A stretch of DNA of 64,000 bases from Octopus vulgaris (taxonomy: Eukaryota). Every line of letters starts with the position of its first letter. Position 1 is the stretch's first letter. Below, in pieces: positions 28,783 to 42,453 of the stretch. The notes under the pieces were generated by a model. The model had not been told where the DNA came from and did not search any database. It saw only the letters and a list, made by a program, of their open reading frames with translations. Made by a program: the position numbers and the translations under genes. Location: positions 40,486,001 to 40,550,000 of the forward strand of contig OX597838.1 of assembly GCA_951406725.2 (NCBI GenBank), in the 5' to 3' direction.

Positions 28783-29030
28783 CACGTGATCACGTGACCG
28801 ACCAGGCTATCAGATGTTACGACACATCGCTGGTAACAATGCGCTTCGCATTGTTTTAGCCTTCAAATGACGCCACCCCGCTGGCTAAGCGAACAGGCCA
28901 ACAGAAGAAAGAATGAGAGAAAGTTGTAGCGAAAGGTTTGGGTGTTTTCGCTCAAATAAACAGTCACAACGCCCGGTCTGGGAATCGCGAGTCCGCTGCC
29001 CTAACCACTGGGCCATTGCGCTTCCACACA
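28782..29030 (-). mobile_element. SINE family A (internally deleted)
   Basis: Reverse complement of the 1124-1435 head and tail. Confidence 0.85.
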
Positions 29031-29033
29031 CAT

Positions 29034-29139
<106 letters not shown>

Positions 29140-29179
29140 GTGACCGCGTGTGCACCGTTGGCGATTTTTTCCCTCGTCA

Positions 29180-30290
29180 AGCTATTGCTAGGAATTTTCC
29201 AAACAATTCTAGATATTACTCTATAATCAATTCACATAAGGTTAGGATAGGTTTTTCAAACACAAAATATCTCTTGCAAATTATCTCTTCTCATAATAAC
29301 AAACTGTTAAATATTAATACATTTACTAATACTAACATTAATTTAGCTGATACCATCCAACCCTCTAGAAATATTAATAACAAGGTTATTGTATCTGAAG
29401 TCAATTCCAATAGAATTAAGTTTATGTCAAGTAACTCTAAGATTAAAAATTCTATATACCAGTGTATAATCAGTTCTCGTAATAAAGTAGGATTTTACAT
29501 TGAAAGCACATCGTCAGAGTTATCTAAAAGAATTTCTATCCATTACTCAACATTTATGGATAGAAATAAACGGAATAGTACCGGTCTCAGCAAACTGATT
29601 TGGGATTTAAAAGACCACAATGAACAATTTCATTTAGAATGGTTGATTCTCTCAATTTCGATACCATATGACAAAGGCAAGAAATTCTGTCTTCTCTGCA
29701 ATTCTGAGCTATTTTTCATTATTTTTTCTAAAAATACTCTAGTAAACACGGTTATAGAGCGAGCATACAGATGTAAGCATTAGCAAAAACATACATTTAG
29801 TGCATATAAGTAGTCTCTATCATTATATATAATTTAAACTTTAATTTCCTTTATATTTAACATTCAATATTAATATCCCTACTCTTTCTGTTAGCTACTT
29901 ATGACGTTATATCATATAACGTTTTTTTTAAACAATATTAATAGCGTTCTGTCTATCGCTATACGAATCCATCATTTTTTGCTAAAATGTCTTATTGACA
30001 AGTTTCGTTTTTTTCACTTTTCTGAGGAGGAGATTGCATTGTTTATACCATTTATTCTTTTGAATAGTATCAGTGGAATTTTCGAAACATGTGTCGAAAG
30101 TAAAAATATTTGATTACACCTGCGTTAACTCCATTTTTTATTCATATTATTCAAAATATTCAACGTAAACACGAAGTTTCTACCTTTATAAACAAGGAGT
30201 TACTACACCTTTACTTGTGAGATTTTTGCTGCCCTGGTAACTATTTATTTATTTTTCCGTGTTAATTGTTAACAAGGTAAAAATACACTC

Positions 30291-30297
<7 letters not shown>
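29180..30297 (+). mobile_element. 5'-truncated Penelope-like element: GIY-YIG endonuclease plus hammerhead-bearing 3' pLTR
   Basis: SIYQC..FYIESTSSELSKRISIHYSTF..STGLSKLIWDLK..W.IL..C.LC..E; hammerhead at 30016-30101; sits between (TA)n tracts. Confidence 0.8.
30016..30101 (+). ncRNA. Type I hammerhead ribozyme motif
   Basis: actttt-CTGAGGA-ggagatt...aattttc-GAAA-catgtg-TC-gaaagt; all three stems pair by eye. Confidence 0.75.
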
Positions 30298-30323
<26 letters not shown>

Positions 30324-30634
30324 CATAAGTATGAGCGTGTACTAACGATGGTCTCTGAATGGGTGCATGTATATTAATAAAAGCATGAAGGTACAGCTAT
30401 GTGGGTGTGGATGTGTATTTCTTTGTTTTATTTTATTATCTTTTAATTCTTTTAGTGTGTTAATTCTTACAGGTAACTGCCCCTTAGCCAGGTGTGTTGA
30501 GTTCAATACAGTTTATAGAAGCACAATGCATCTGAAGGCCATCTCACCGTTAACCCTATTGTCGTTCAAATCTGTGCTTTCATTTCATTTTGCACAACTG
30601 AATTCATCTATATCATATTTTATTTTATTGTTTA

Positions 30635-31143
30635 CTAGCAGTATTGGCCGGCTTTGCAAAATGGTCACATTTAATTCAAAGCGTTAAAAATGTTATGCAA
30701 ACAATTGGTATGTGTTCACAAAGTCCGAACGATTAATACGAAAAAACCCTCCAAGCTACATCCCGAAAATTCATTTCTCTGCCGAACTTCTACAATGTTT
30801 ACGGCGATTCGTTTTTATATCTTGATTTTTTTATTTTTCATGCAATTTACGCATGCTTGCACGCGTGGTGAACACAGTTCACGTCAAACAGCTGACAGAG
30901 TAAAGTTCACTATTCAATGCATGGGATAAGGCCTAAACAAACACATTATCGATTTTTGCATTTGCGAGATGTATTTCGGAACAGAAATAGCGCAGTTCAA
31001 TTTTCATTCGCCTAAACTTTAAGTGACCCATTTTTGTGGATCTACGATTTGTTGGCCCGGAGGAGATGTGCCGGGAAGTTAAACACACAGACACACACAC
31101 AGATACACACACAAACACACAAGTTGAGTTTTATATATATAGA
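30635..31143 (-). mobile_element. Non-autonomous Helitron-like element
   Basis: actagcagtattggccggc terminus like 46915; opposite end gttttatatatatagat. Confidence 0.6.
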
Positions 31144-32160
31144 TATATATTTTCAAACACTCAAAATATTATTTATTCTAACTACTTTCCTTCCACTCCT
31201 ACCCCTTTTCCTTGTCTTTGGTTTACATTATGGATGGTCAAGTGCGAAAAGTTATATGCAACATCTTATTTGATAACATACAAATGTATTTATTATTTAC
31301 ATTTGTTCTTTAATGGTAATATCAATCTAATTTTATCAAGTATCGGTCTTCCATACATTATATATATAAAGTATGATTTTCCATAGATACGCAGAGTTGA
31401 AGCCTTACTGGAGCCATGATGTTCTGGCAATTTGAAGAGCAAGCCTTCTAATCGGTAATTGTGCAATTACACTGTGCAATGGGTAGCATACACATTGGTG
31501 CAGTCGTGTAAAATAATTTGTTATTCCCTGACATTATTATTACTTGATGAAGGCTGCGAAACCGCCGCAGTCCTACGGATATCATGTGACTAAATAAATA
31601 TATTCACCGTTCATACCTCCTGACATTTTATGGTCCATACACACCTCATGAAATAATTTCATAGACTGGATCTCCTAGATTTCAGCGGCATAAAATTCTA
31701 CACTATACTCTTCAGCATTGGATTACTATGTGGTCTGATAGCCGAGTCCACTAGAGGAGCTTTCTGTGATTGCTACAAGGTTCTATGAATCCATATGCTG
31801 CACTACAAATTTATGTGTATGTTTGTGTGTGTATGTATGTATGTATGTATGTATGTATGTATGTATGTATGTATGTATGTATGTATGTATGTATGTATGT
31901 ATGTATTCAACACTATCAGCGCTAAGCAGTAATTAGGCAGAAGCGAAATTTAAGATAATTAAAATGTGTTTGTAACATATTTCAACCTCTAAGGCAGATT
32001 TACTGCAATTACCCAGGAGAAAAAATTCTCTGAAAATTTCCAGCGTGATGGTATCTCTTAGATACCCTAAATTATAATTTTAATAATAATTATTACCTTT
32101 GAAGGTTTTTATCCCCATGCTGGCCACCTGATAAGATCGGTATTTAAATAACGATCTTAT

Positions 32161-32246
<86 letters not shown>

Positions 32247-32679
32247 GTATATATTTATTCATATATCTTTGTATATGCGTGTGTGTATCCGGATGTATGT
32301 GTATGAACGGGCGCGTGTAGGAGTCTGTACGGCGTGAGTTTTTTTAATATATAAATATGATTTAAATGTCTATTTCACATCTACAGCAACTCAACTGAAG
32401 TGACAGAAACGTAATTATATTGTTGTTGTACCGTTTATAGGCAGCTCTGAGAAATGCAACGAAAGAATAATTTAAAATAAATAAACAACATCTCTTTACC
32501 TCACTTCAACACAGTTGTAGAGATACAAGTAATTTGCTTCTATTTTCGAATAACTACCAACAATTTACAGACATAACAGCAATCACCTATCTACCGCTGT
32601 AACACGTTAACAAAGTGACTATTCTATAAACACCACAGACACGAAGGAATTCCTGGAGTAAATCTCCATGTGGCATATG

Positions 32680-33069
32680 GAATTGGAAGCACTCCGTCGG
32701 TTACGATGACGAGGGTTCTGGTTGATCCGAATCAACGGAACAGCCTGCTCGTGAAATTAACGTGCAAGTGGCTGAGCACTCCACAGACACGTGCACCCTT
32801 AACGTAGTTCTCGAGGAGAGTCAGCGTGACACAGAGAATGACAAGGCTGGCCCTTTGAAATACAAGTACAACAGAAACAGGAAGTAAGAGTGAGAGAAAG
32901 TTGTGGTGAAAGAGTACAGCAGGGATCACCACCATCCCCTGCCGGAACCTCGTGGAGCTTTTAGGCGTTTTCGCTCAATAAACACTCACAACGCCCGGTC
33001 TGGGAATCGAAACCGCGATCCTATGACCGCGAGTCCGCTGCCCTAACCACTGGGCCATTGCGCCTCCAC
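32680..33069 (-). mobile_element. SINE with family A head and a different tail
   Basis: Head nearly identical to 1124-1310; TSD-like catgtgg(c/a)atat at 32667 and 33069. Confidence 0.85.
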
Positions 33070-33674
33070 ATGTGGAATATACATCCATACTGTTATGAAT
33101 ATGAGGCAGCCAAATGTTGTGGACCGGATTTAAACAGCATACTACAAGGTGTGTACCCGAATTGAAAATTATTAGTTATACATACATAGTGGATTAAAGT
33201 TCTTCATCGATGATATTATTGAGATTCGTTTTGTCTAGAAAGGGAGGAAAATACAATTAAAAATCCAATTAAAATAGGTATTCTTTACGAAAATCTGTGA
33301 AGAAATGAAGAGAATTGGTAATGTCCATTAGTAGAATTAAAACAGATAATGGTCCGATTATAATCCCTGGTGAAGGAGAATGGATGTTAGCAGTTTCAAG
33401 AGCAGAGAAATTGCAAACATCCGTTTTCCTTCGCCATGGATTTCTATCGAATCATTCTCTCTATTTTCATTCTAATAATGGACTTTACCGATATTCTTCA
33501 TTTGTTCATAGATTTACCTAACGTATACCTATTTTAATTGGATCTTTAATTTGATTCTCTTCCTATTCTTATGTAACATATGGTATAATTATAAACAGGG
33601 CAAATTTTAACCATTTCTCCGCAGTCTGAAAAGCGATGAACAAACTTAATCGATTTTATATGCATACAACCAAA

Positions 33675-33783
<109 letters not shown>

Positions 33784-34670
33784 GCCTCAAGAGTAGCCTG
33801 TGGTAACACCTCGCTTGGATATTCAACACTTTCGAGGTTCCGCTTGCCACGAAAGATATGTAGCCTGGATATTATCTATTCCATTTCTTAGCTCTTGTAT
33901 ATATTTATATATGCGTGTGTGTGTGCGTATATGTATATACATATACTCACACGTACGCACACACACTTATATACATACATACGTCTAGATATGTAACTAT
34001 ATACATGAGAATACATACATAAAACATAGAAATCTGCACATACATACCAAACAAAAATTCCCTGTTGTTGATGTTGAAATTCCAATGAAGGAACTTTTGA
34101 TCGACCTTAGAAACCGGTTCTTTATCTATTTCCTGTTTCAAAGAAATTCAAACAATAGATATAAGACCCAAGTTAAAAAGATTCTGAACAATTCAACTTC
34201 TCTGGTTGGCATTAATACACCCACCCCCAATAGGGGCCTTAACTTCCACACTTTAGAGCACCATGACCTCCATTTTTCAGGAGTAAAATCATTTAAACAG
34301 GTTCTATAAGACTGGAATTTTGGAATATGTGCATAAAAATCAGTAGTATGGGATACATGTGTCAAGATTACAATTTTTATAAAGTGTGTAAAGAGGGAAA
34401 TAACCCTCATCTGCAATTTTGATGAAGTTCGAATCATAGGTATTTCAGTTCATTACAGAAAATATAACAAGTCTAATTCTTCAATTGTATGTAACACGGG
34501 CAACGCCGGGTATCTTTTCTAGTATATAGAAGCAGTCAAAACGACCAAAAGCACTTTTAAGAGCAATTTCGAAAGGGATGAAAAATAAAAACTTTTACCT
34601 TCCACACAAATATAAATATGTGTATATATATGTATGTGTGTGTGTGTGTGTATGCATGTATGTATGTATG

Positions 34671-34732
<62 letters not shown>

Positions 34733-34881
34733 ATGTATACACATATATATGTACATACAGATATACATACACAAAAACATATATAGATAAAAACAGTTTT
34801 GATCCTTACATGTAGTTTTCAATAAATTAGTTGAGACCCCTTCTTTCGTATGTCCACTCAAACGTGTATGTGTATATCTGT

Positions 34882-36019
34882 ATCTATAAAAGGCATGATG
34901 TGTGTGTGTGTGTGTATTCGTGATTGTAATTTATGCACGTCCACAAATTAGCACGCATGTCGCTCCAATTTTAGGAGGACATTCGTCAACATCCTATCTG
35001 GGTTTTGTCAACTTATTTTTTTCCCGAGGCACCCGCGGATAGCGGTAAAAATCTATTTTCAGCCATTGCTTTTACCTATTTTGAAGATTGATAACATGAG
35101 TTAAGTCCCTTCTACCCATAGACAAGCGAAAGTGTGTGTGTCAGGGAGAGAGAGAGAGAAGTTGTGCGTTGATGTATGTGTGTGTGTGTGTGTGTGTGTG
35201 AGGGAGAGAGAGTGTTTCGCAACGTCTAACAAAAGTAGTGAAGAAAAAGTATGTGTAAGGAAGCGTGGGAGATAGTTTGACAAGCGTCTATCAAAAAAAA
35301 ACAAGATAAAGGAAAGTGGAAGCGAGGCAGAGAGTTTCACAGCGTCTAAACAAAAAAAAGGGCAAGGCAAAGTGAGAGGGGAGGGAGATAGAGAGAGAGA
35401 GAGTAAGTGACGACGTTCATAAAAAATAAAATGTAAAATGTTTTGTTTTTTCTTAAACACGTGATACAGTGTTCAAATTTAGGATGTTTTTGAAAGACAC
35501 TATATTTTATAATCATAGTATATATAGTTTCTCACACAACAATTACAATATATTTATTTAAAATCATTTATTTATTTTAAATCGTCCATCTTTCTCCCCC
35601 TCTCTCTCTCTCTCACACACATTACTTTGGGTGCGAAAGAGTTTTGTTTTTATTTTACGCCGAGTAAAAGTGTTTTGTTTAGAATCCATTTAACAACAAA
35701 GAAACAAAAAGGTAGGTAACAGTTTGTCAGTGAATTACACGATATAAATGGGTACAATTTGCGAGGCAAAAGGGTTTTGTAGCATATTAGGAGGCCAGAG
35801 TAGTTGATTCCACGCAAAAAATAACGATTTTTATCTTAGTGAAAATCGTGCGAGTGTTAATCTACAAATTTAACTACATTTTTTCCATTCATTTCTGTTT
35901 ATGAACATGTATGCGTGCACAAAACATGAATTAGTTGTACGTACGTACGTGTGTGTATTTGTGTTCGTGTGTGTTGCACATATATATTTATATTATATTA
36001 TATTATATATATATATATA

Positions 36020-36072
<53 letters not shown>

Positions 36073-36188
36073 CCAACGGATTTCGCCCAAATTTGACGTC
36101 GATATCACTTAGTTTGGTTTGAAATAAAGAACTTGATTAGCTTAATAATCGTAACTTAATCCCGAGCAAGGCCAGGTTATACTGCTAG
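34882..36188 (+). mobile_element. Putative non-autonomous Helitron-like element
   Basis: 3' cccgagcaaggccagg..tactgCTAG|T as at 11332; 5' end (atctataaaaggc) is tentative. Confidence 0.45.
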
Positions 36189-36315
36189 TATATATATTTA
36201 TATATATACCTATATATAAATGAATATATATATATACATATATGTATACATATATATATATATGTATATATATATACATACATATATATATACACATATA
36301 TATATATATATGTAT

Positions 36316-36393
<78 letters not shown>

Positions 36394-36397
<4 letters not shown>

Positions 36398-36708
36398 TGC
36401 AGCGTGGAAGGTGTTTATAAGCCATTTAAGAAACACACAAAAGCCGTTCGATTAACTTCAACATTTAAGTTTAATTTGTCAAAATATTTTCGTCGCTAAA
36501 ATCCGCGACCTGTTCACTGACAAAGTCCGTGATGCAGCACGGATTTTAGCGACGAAAATATTTTGACAAATTAAACTTAAATGTTGAAGTGAATCGAACG
36601 GCTTTTGTGTGTTTCTTAAATGGCTTATAAACACCTTCCACGCTGCAATTGTTTTCGTTTCAGCACACGATCTCAGATCAAATTACTTGCTATGCGAGTA
36701 CATCTCCG

Positions 36709-36710
<2 letters not shown>
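36394..36710 (+). mobile_element. Fold-back Penelope pLTR-like insert, family Y (about 111-bp inverted arms)
   Basis: About 36395-36505 is the reverse complement of 36540-36650 with one mismatch; about 60-bp unique tail; (TA)n on both sides. Confidence 0.8.
36475..36524 (-). ncRNA. Type I hammerhead-like motif with G3/C8 swapped core
   Basis: tttgtca-GTGAACA-g-gtcgc-ggatttta-gcgac-GAAA-atat-TT-tgacaaa. Confidence 0.6.
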
Positions 36711-36788
<78 letters not shown>

Positions 36789-38109
36789 TAAGAGTAAATA
36801 AGCGAAATTTTGGTATCAAAATAGGTATCTATATATCTATATATATATATATATATTCAGAAGCACGTGCGCACGCACACACACACACACCATCATTGCA
36901 CGTTCAGTCAAAGTCATAAGTACATGACTGTCTGCTATAGAAACAAGAGTCGCCCTCTATAGAAACCAAAATAAACTGCTAAAAGTCTGTAATTATAGAA
37001 AGTTTTCATTTTCTTTTTCTAAGCAGAGAATTCTAATCGAATCTATTCTGTATACAGGTTTCGGTCTGTGTAAACTTTTGCCAGAATTTCTCATTAGTTG
37101 TTTAATTGCTTTAATCGAACACCAATTACGTTGGTAGTTTAAGTATGGCAGCAATTAGTATTTACAGTGTTTGGAAAGAAATTAGTTTACTTCTGCAAAC
37201 GCTGTTTAGATATAAGAAATGATATTTTCTTGATCACGATTTAGGGGAAACACGATGCCAGTATTAAATGGAATTTTTGCATCGAACGTTCGAATGTAAT
37301 CACGTCTTCGTGACTGATTGTTGGCATAAAAGTCCATACCCGAGGTTTATTGAGAAATTTTACCTATTAAGTAACTTAGGGGGACATAAAAGAAGACGCT
37401 TTACAAATCAATTATTTGTTTTTAGTCAACGTTGAGGTGTTTATATCGGACACGACATCCGTAGGAGAACAGCAGAATTCTTCTTTCTTTTTTTTTCTTT
37501 CTCTTTTTTTTTTTTTTTCGTTTTTGCATAGCGTGATGATTGTGTGAGTTGAGTTTATAGTTTATGAAGAAATGCTTCTCTCAAAGTGATGAATTCAGGA
37601 AAATGATCAAAATTGTAATTCGTATTCTGTAACAAGTGTATATCGATATCTGATGAAGGGACACGATGAAAGATTTAAATTTAGACAAGCATGGGGAACG
37701 GGGCTGTGTGAAACTAATAACCATTCTCGGTAGAATTAGGAAAGTGGGGGAGATGAACTGCTTTGCTGCTAGTTTACACTCCACGTTCTGCGATGAGTGT
37801 TTGAGAACAGCAAATGCACAAAGCATGTGGCGAAACAGAAAACGACCAGCAATGCATTATTTCAATCGTATTTTGGTCAAGAGAATTACCGATAAACTGT
37901 TTTACTCGACGCCGAGGAACGCTATTTATTCCCAAAAATTCATCTTGAAAACTTACCAGGGAAGCGTTAAATAGTTTTCATAAGCCAAGTGTAAACCCTA
38001 TGAAGTGAAATATGTGCTTAGCAGAAATTTAAATCCCTGCATATGACCCCTGGGCGTGGTGTATACGTTATACTTAAATAAGAGTAAATAAGCGAAATTT
38101 TGGTATCAA

Positions 38110-38390
38110 ATTTTGGCACAAGGCCAGAATTTTCGTGGGGAAGGGGTAAGTCAATTACATCGATCCCAATTTTAAACGGGGTACTTACGTTATTGACATC
38201 GTAAGAGATGAATGACAAAAAAATCGACCACAAAAGGTTCTTATTTTTTTGTGGTTCTTATTTTATCGACCGCACAAGGGTGAACAGCAAAGTCAGCCTC
38301 AACTGAATTTGAACTGAGAACGTAAAGACGGACGAAATGCTGCTAAGCATTTTGTCCGGCATGCTAACAATTCAGGCATTTCGATGCCTT
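38110..38390 (-). mobile_element. Decayed SINE family C (partly duplicated)
   Basis: gacggacgaaatgctgctaagcattttgtccggcatgctaac matches the reverse of the family C head. Confidence 0.7.
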
Positions 38391-38587
38391 AAGTTGATTG
38401 ATAGTAATAAAAGAAGTAAATCAGAAGAAGGACTTATGTTATTATTGGCATAATCACGCTCCCTAGATACAACAACATTTCTGAATCTACATTAAGAGTA
38501 GTAATAATCCGGTTTTTACATTAGTTTCGGCACATTACAGTATATATATATATACACATATAATATTAACGACTAGTTAACAAATAT

Positions 38588-38682
38588 CCTTTATTCTCGA
38601 CATATGTTTCGAAGGCTGCATATTCCTAATTCAGAAGGAATAAGGAGTACATTATGCAGATTTCTCATCAGGAAAATCAAGG
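38588..38682 (-). ncRNA. Type I hammerhead ribozyme motif, canonical core
   Basis: ccttgattttc-CTGATGA-gaaatctgcata...tatgcagccttc-GAAA-catatg-TC-gagaataaagg; 10 of 11 stem I positions pair. Confidence 0.8.
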
Positions 38683-38799
38683 AACTTATGTCGACATCAA
38701 AATGCACAAAAAACTTTTAGCTGACCGCTCTCAAGGAGCCCATGGCGATAATGAGTGTCTCTTTATAATGAGTGACGTCAGAGTGGCTGAATGTAGAAG

Positions 38800-39006
38800 A
38801 ATCTAGAAGTCGCCATGATAGATCGTTAGCCACTAAACACATTTTTTCTCTCCTTATTTCTCTCTTTGTTTTTCCTGTGTCCCTTTCTGTAGAAGAGCAT
38901 AGGCTCGAAACGTAAAAGACTATTTCTATTCCTGAGCGTTATACTAATACATCTGTTTGTTTTGTACACCACCTGTCTTCGTCTTTTGTTTATTTTCGTG
39001 AACTCT

Positions 39007-39010
<4 letters not shown>
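38800..39010 (+). mobile_element. Penelope pLTR-like family X with variant hammerhead
   Basis: cttt-CTGTAGA-a-gagc-atag-gctc-GAAA-cg-TA-aaag at 38883-38918; ends at (TA)n. Confidence 0.65.
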
Positions 39011-39050
<40 letters not shown>

Positions 39051-39566
39051 ATTGATATTGAAGTATGTATAAACTGTAAAATCTTCCAACTCTCTTAGTT
39101 GTGTTAATGAAGCACCATGTCGCTATATGTTTTTGTTTTTGGACCTTGGACTGCTAGAAAAACACATGGGACCAGAGAGTATAAAGAAGGCTTTATGTAC
39201 CTACTTCAATATAACGTTTAATTGTATTTTTGTGCGTCCCATCATTGTTTTTTTGTCTGTTCTTATAACTCTTTGCCTGATTTAAATTTAAAATTTCCGT
39301 TGAAGTTTCCTCCAATCACTTTAGAAAACAATTTATTTCCCTTATTGCAGTAAAGTATTTATTGCTACAATTATTATAGCAACTCATTTGAGATCAATTG
39401 GTTGTATGAAACCAGTGAATTCATCATAAAATGAAAAGAATCATCCCTGCTTTGACATTAATTGCACAATCAATATTAGCAAAGAGAAACTGTGTCACAT
39501 CTAATTACCTTAAAAAATAAAACAAACACCTGGCAATTATTATATACTCTCTCTCTCTTTCTCTCG

Positions 39567-39717
<151 letters not shown>

Positions 39718-39718
39718 T

Positions 39719-40101
39719 CAGGGAGTATATCCAAACTAACAGGGAAATATTAGATTTAGGATTAAATCAAATTTCACAGTATAAATATAAATTTAAATTA
39801 AATTAGAGATAAAAACCACTATTATGCAACTCAAACAGGGATAGACATAAACCAAAACATAAAAAGCAAAAAATAAATATAATTAATATAATATAGAATA
39901 TATATATAAAATATAAAATTTTAAATTTAAATTATTAAAATTTTAAATTTTTTAATTTATATTTATAAATTTTTATATATTTAAATCTTTTAACTTTAAA
40001 TTTTTTTAAATATATTATATTTATTTTTTTGTTTTTTATGTTTTGGTTTATGTCTATCACTGTTTGATTTGCCTAATAGTGGTTTTATCTCTAATTTAAT
40101 T

Positions 40102-40106
<5 letters not shown>
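39719..40106. repeat. Fold-back insert with about 93-bp imperfect inverted arms
   Basis: 39791-39883 versus 40014-40106; lies between (TAA)n and (TA)n. Confidence 0.8.
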
Positions 40107-40137
<31 letters not shown>

Positions 40138-40251
40138 TCAAAAAAGGGGTCGAATTAATTAATTGTTAATAAATTCGATCAAGCAGTATTCGGTATGTAA
40201 AGACCATTTACGGTATATTTGAAGTATTAATTTATAAAAATATGGTAAAGT

Positions 40252-40405
40252 AAAAGAATTCACTTTACCACACACCGAACTTTTCAGAAATAGCAGCCAA
40301 AAATTTGGCTATTTCTTCAACTGCAAATATTTGCAGTTGAAGAAATAGCCAAATTTTTGGCTGCTATTTCTGAAAAGTTCGGTGTGTGGTAAAGTGAATT
40401 CTTTT
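40252..40405. repeat. 154-bp perfect spacerless palindrome
   Basis: Centre ctgcaaat|atttgcag at 40328/40329; 77-bp arms. Confidence 0.92.
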
Positions 40406-40965
40406 TTATATATATATATATATATATAAGTATATATACATAAAATTATTTAGGACATGGTTATAGACCTGGTAGCATGCCGATGAAAGCGCACTCACCG
40501 TCTTCAGCTACCAGATGTCATCAACAATGTGGATATAACTACCACTGTATCTACCTCAGGAATTCCTCAAAATCCGTCGAGTATATGACGAATGGCAGAA
40601 ATAACTAAATGGAATTCACGAGATTCTTCATTATTCACAAAGATCATTTCAACCCGTCCTGCATCGGTCCCTCGAGGGCGAGACATGATTCAACTTGCTG
40701 TGGCGCATCCTTCGGTGCAGATGTGTCTCGGCGGATGGCTTTTCAAAGGTACATCGCTCAATAAACGCGGTTTTTGCTTGGTTCGATTACGAGCATGTTG
40801 TTATTTGCCTGTAGCTGGTTGTATATGCAAGATGGGTCGAAACAATTCTTGTAATTGATAAAGAATATATACACATATACATATACACATATATATACAC
40901 ATATGTATACACATATATATACACATTCATATACACACACACATATATACACATATTTATATCTA

Positions 40966-40996
<31 letters not shown>

Positions 40997-41199
40997 GTAT
41001 ATACATATATATATACATACATATAAAAACATAGACATACATATATACATATATGTATGTACACATATATACATACACATACATATATACATATACATAC
41101 ATACATATACATACATGTAAATACATATATAGACATTTATCTACAAACGTATATACATATCGTTATGTGCTTCTTACTTATTTGGGTTTTCTTCCTTCC

Positions 41200-41459
41200 T
41201 TTACCCCTCCACTTTCTATAGGCTACCTTTGACGTTATATCTTCTAACGTTTTTTTTTAAACAAACTTAATAGCGTTCAGTTAATCACTATACATATCCA
41301 TCATTTTCTGTTAATATGTCTTATTGACGAGTTTCTTTTCTTCATTTCCTTGAAGAGAAGATTACATAGTTTTACACCTTGGGAATAATACCAGTGATAT
41401 CTTCGAAACATGTGTTGGAAGTAAAAGAATTTTAATAACACCTGCGTTTAGCTCCATTT

Positions 41460-41460
<1 letters not shown>
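41200..41460 (+). mobile_element. Penelope pLTR homologous to about 29900-30140, with hammerhead-like motif
   Basis: atttcc-TTGAAGA-gaagat...atcttc-GAAA-catgtg-TT-ggaagt at 41344-41422; ends at (TA)n. Confidence 0.7.
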
Positions 41461-41512
<52 letters not shown>

Positions 41513-41518
41513 CATACA

Positions 41519-41550
<32 letters not shown>

Positions 41551-41633
41551 CATACATAATATACATACATATATATACGTACTTAGATATACATACATAC
41601 ATACATACATACATACATACATACATACATACA

Positions 41634-41667
<34 letters not shown>

Positions 41668-42214
41668 CATACATACATACATATATATATATATATATTA
41701 TGACTCCTTATCCTTATTTTGGGATCTTTACTCGGTAACATTCTTAAAATCTATTTTCTACACTATAGTACCCCAGCAAGGGCTTACCCATGATGCCTGA
41801 AAGAAACTAAATGCATATAGAGATGTGCCATTTCTATTTCTATTTCATTTATGTTATTGAGGTTGTTGTTGTTGTTATCTAGCTTTTTATTTATCTTTTT
41901 GGCACAGTGTGTTAGGTTCGTTTTAATACTGCTTAAAGTACTGGAGGCTGTTTAGTTGATATTGGAAACAGAGATAAAACGCATTCGTTTATATACCTGC
42001 TGCTATAAACTATATTTTCAGACTTTTATTCCGCCAAGAATTCATTAGCTAACGCATTAATATTTGCCTGATTTGTCAAGAGATGTAGTTTATAGGTCTT
42101 ACAAAATTAATTATTTACGGAGCTTTCTTTCCTTGACATTGAGTTAATGCTTGCTTCTTGTTTTTTTTCACCTTCCTCTCATTAATAAATTAAGAATACA
42201 TATGCGTATTTTAA

Positions 42215-42323
<109 letters not shown>

Positions 42324-42453
42324 TACTGTTGTTATTATACAAGAACTTTGCTGACAGTGTCTTCGAAATTTCGGCCATCTAAGTTATCGGGGAATTGTAA
42401 TGGATTAGAATTATTGCTCACTTAATATAGTCTCTGTTAAAGCTGTCTTTAGG

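Noticed and set aside
31664-31721. Minus-strand CTGAAGA...GAAA-tctaggaga-TC hammerhead-like motif
   Set aside because: Stem I barely pairs and stem II needs a 4-nt insertion; too weak to call.
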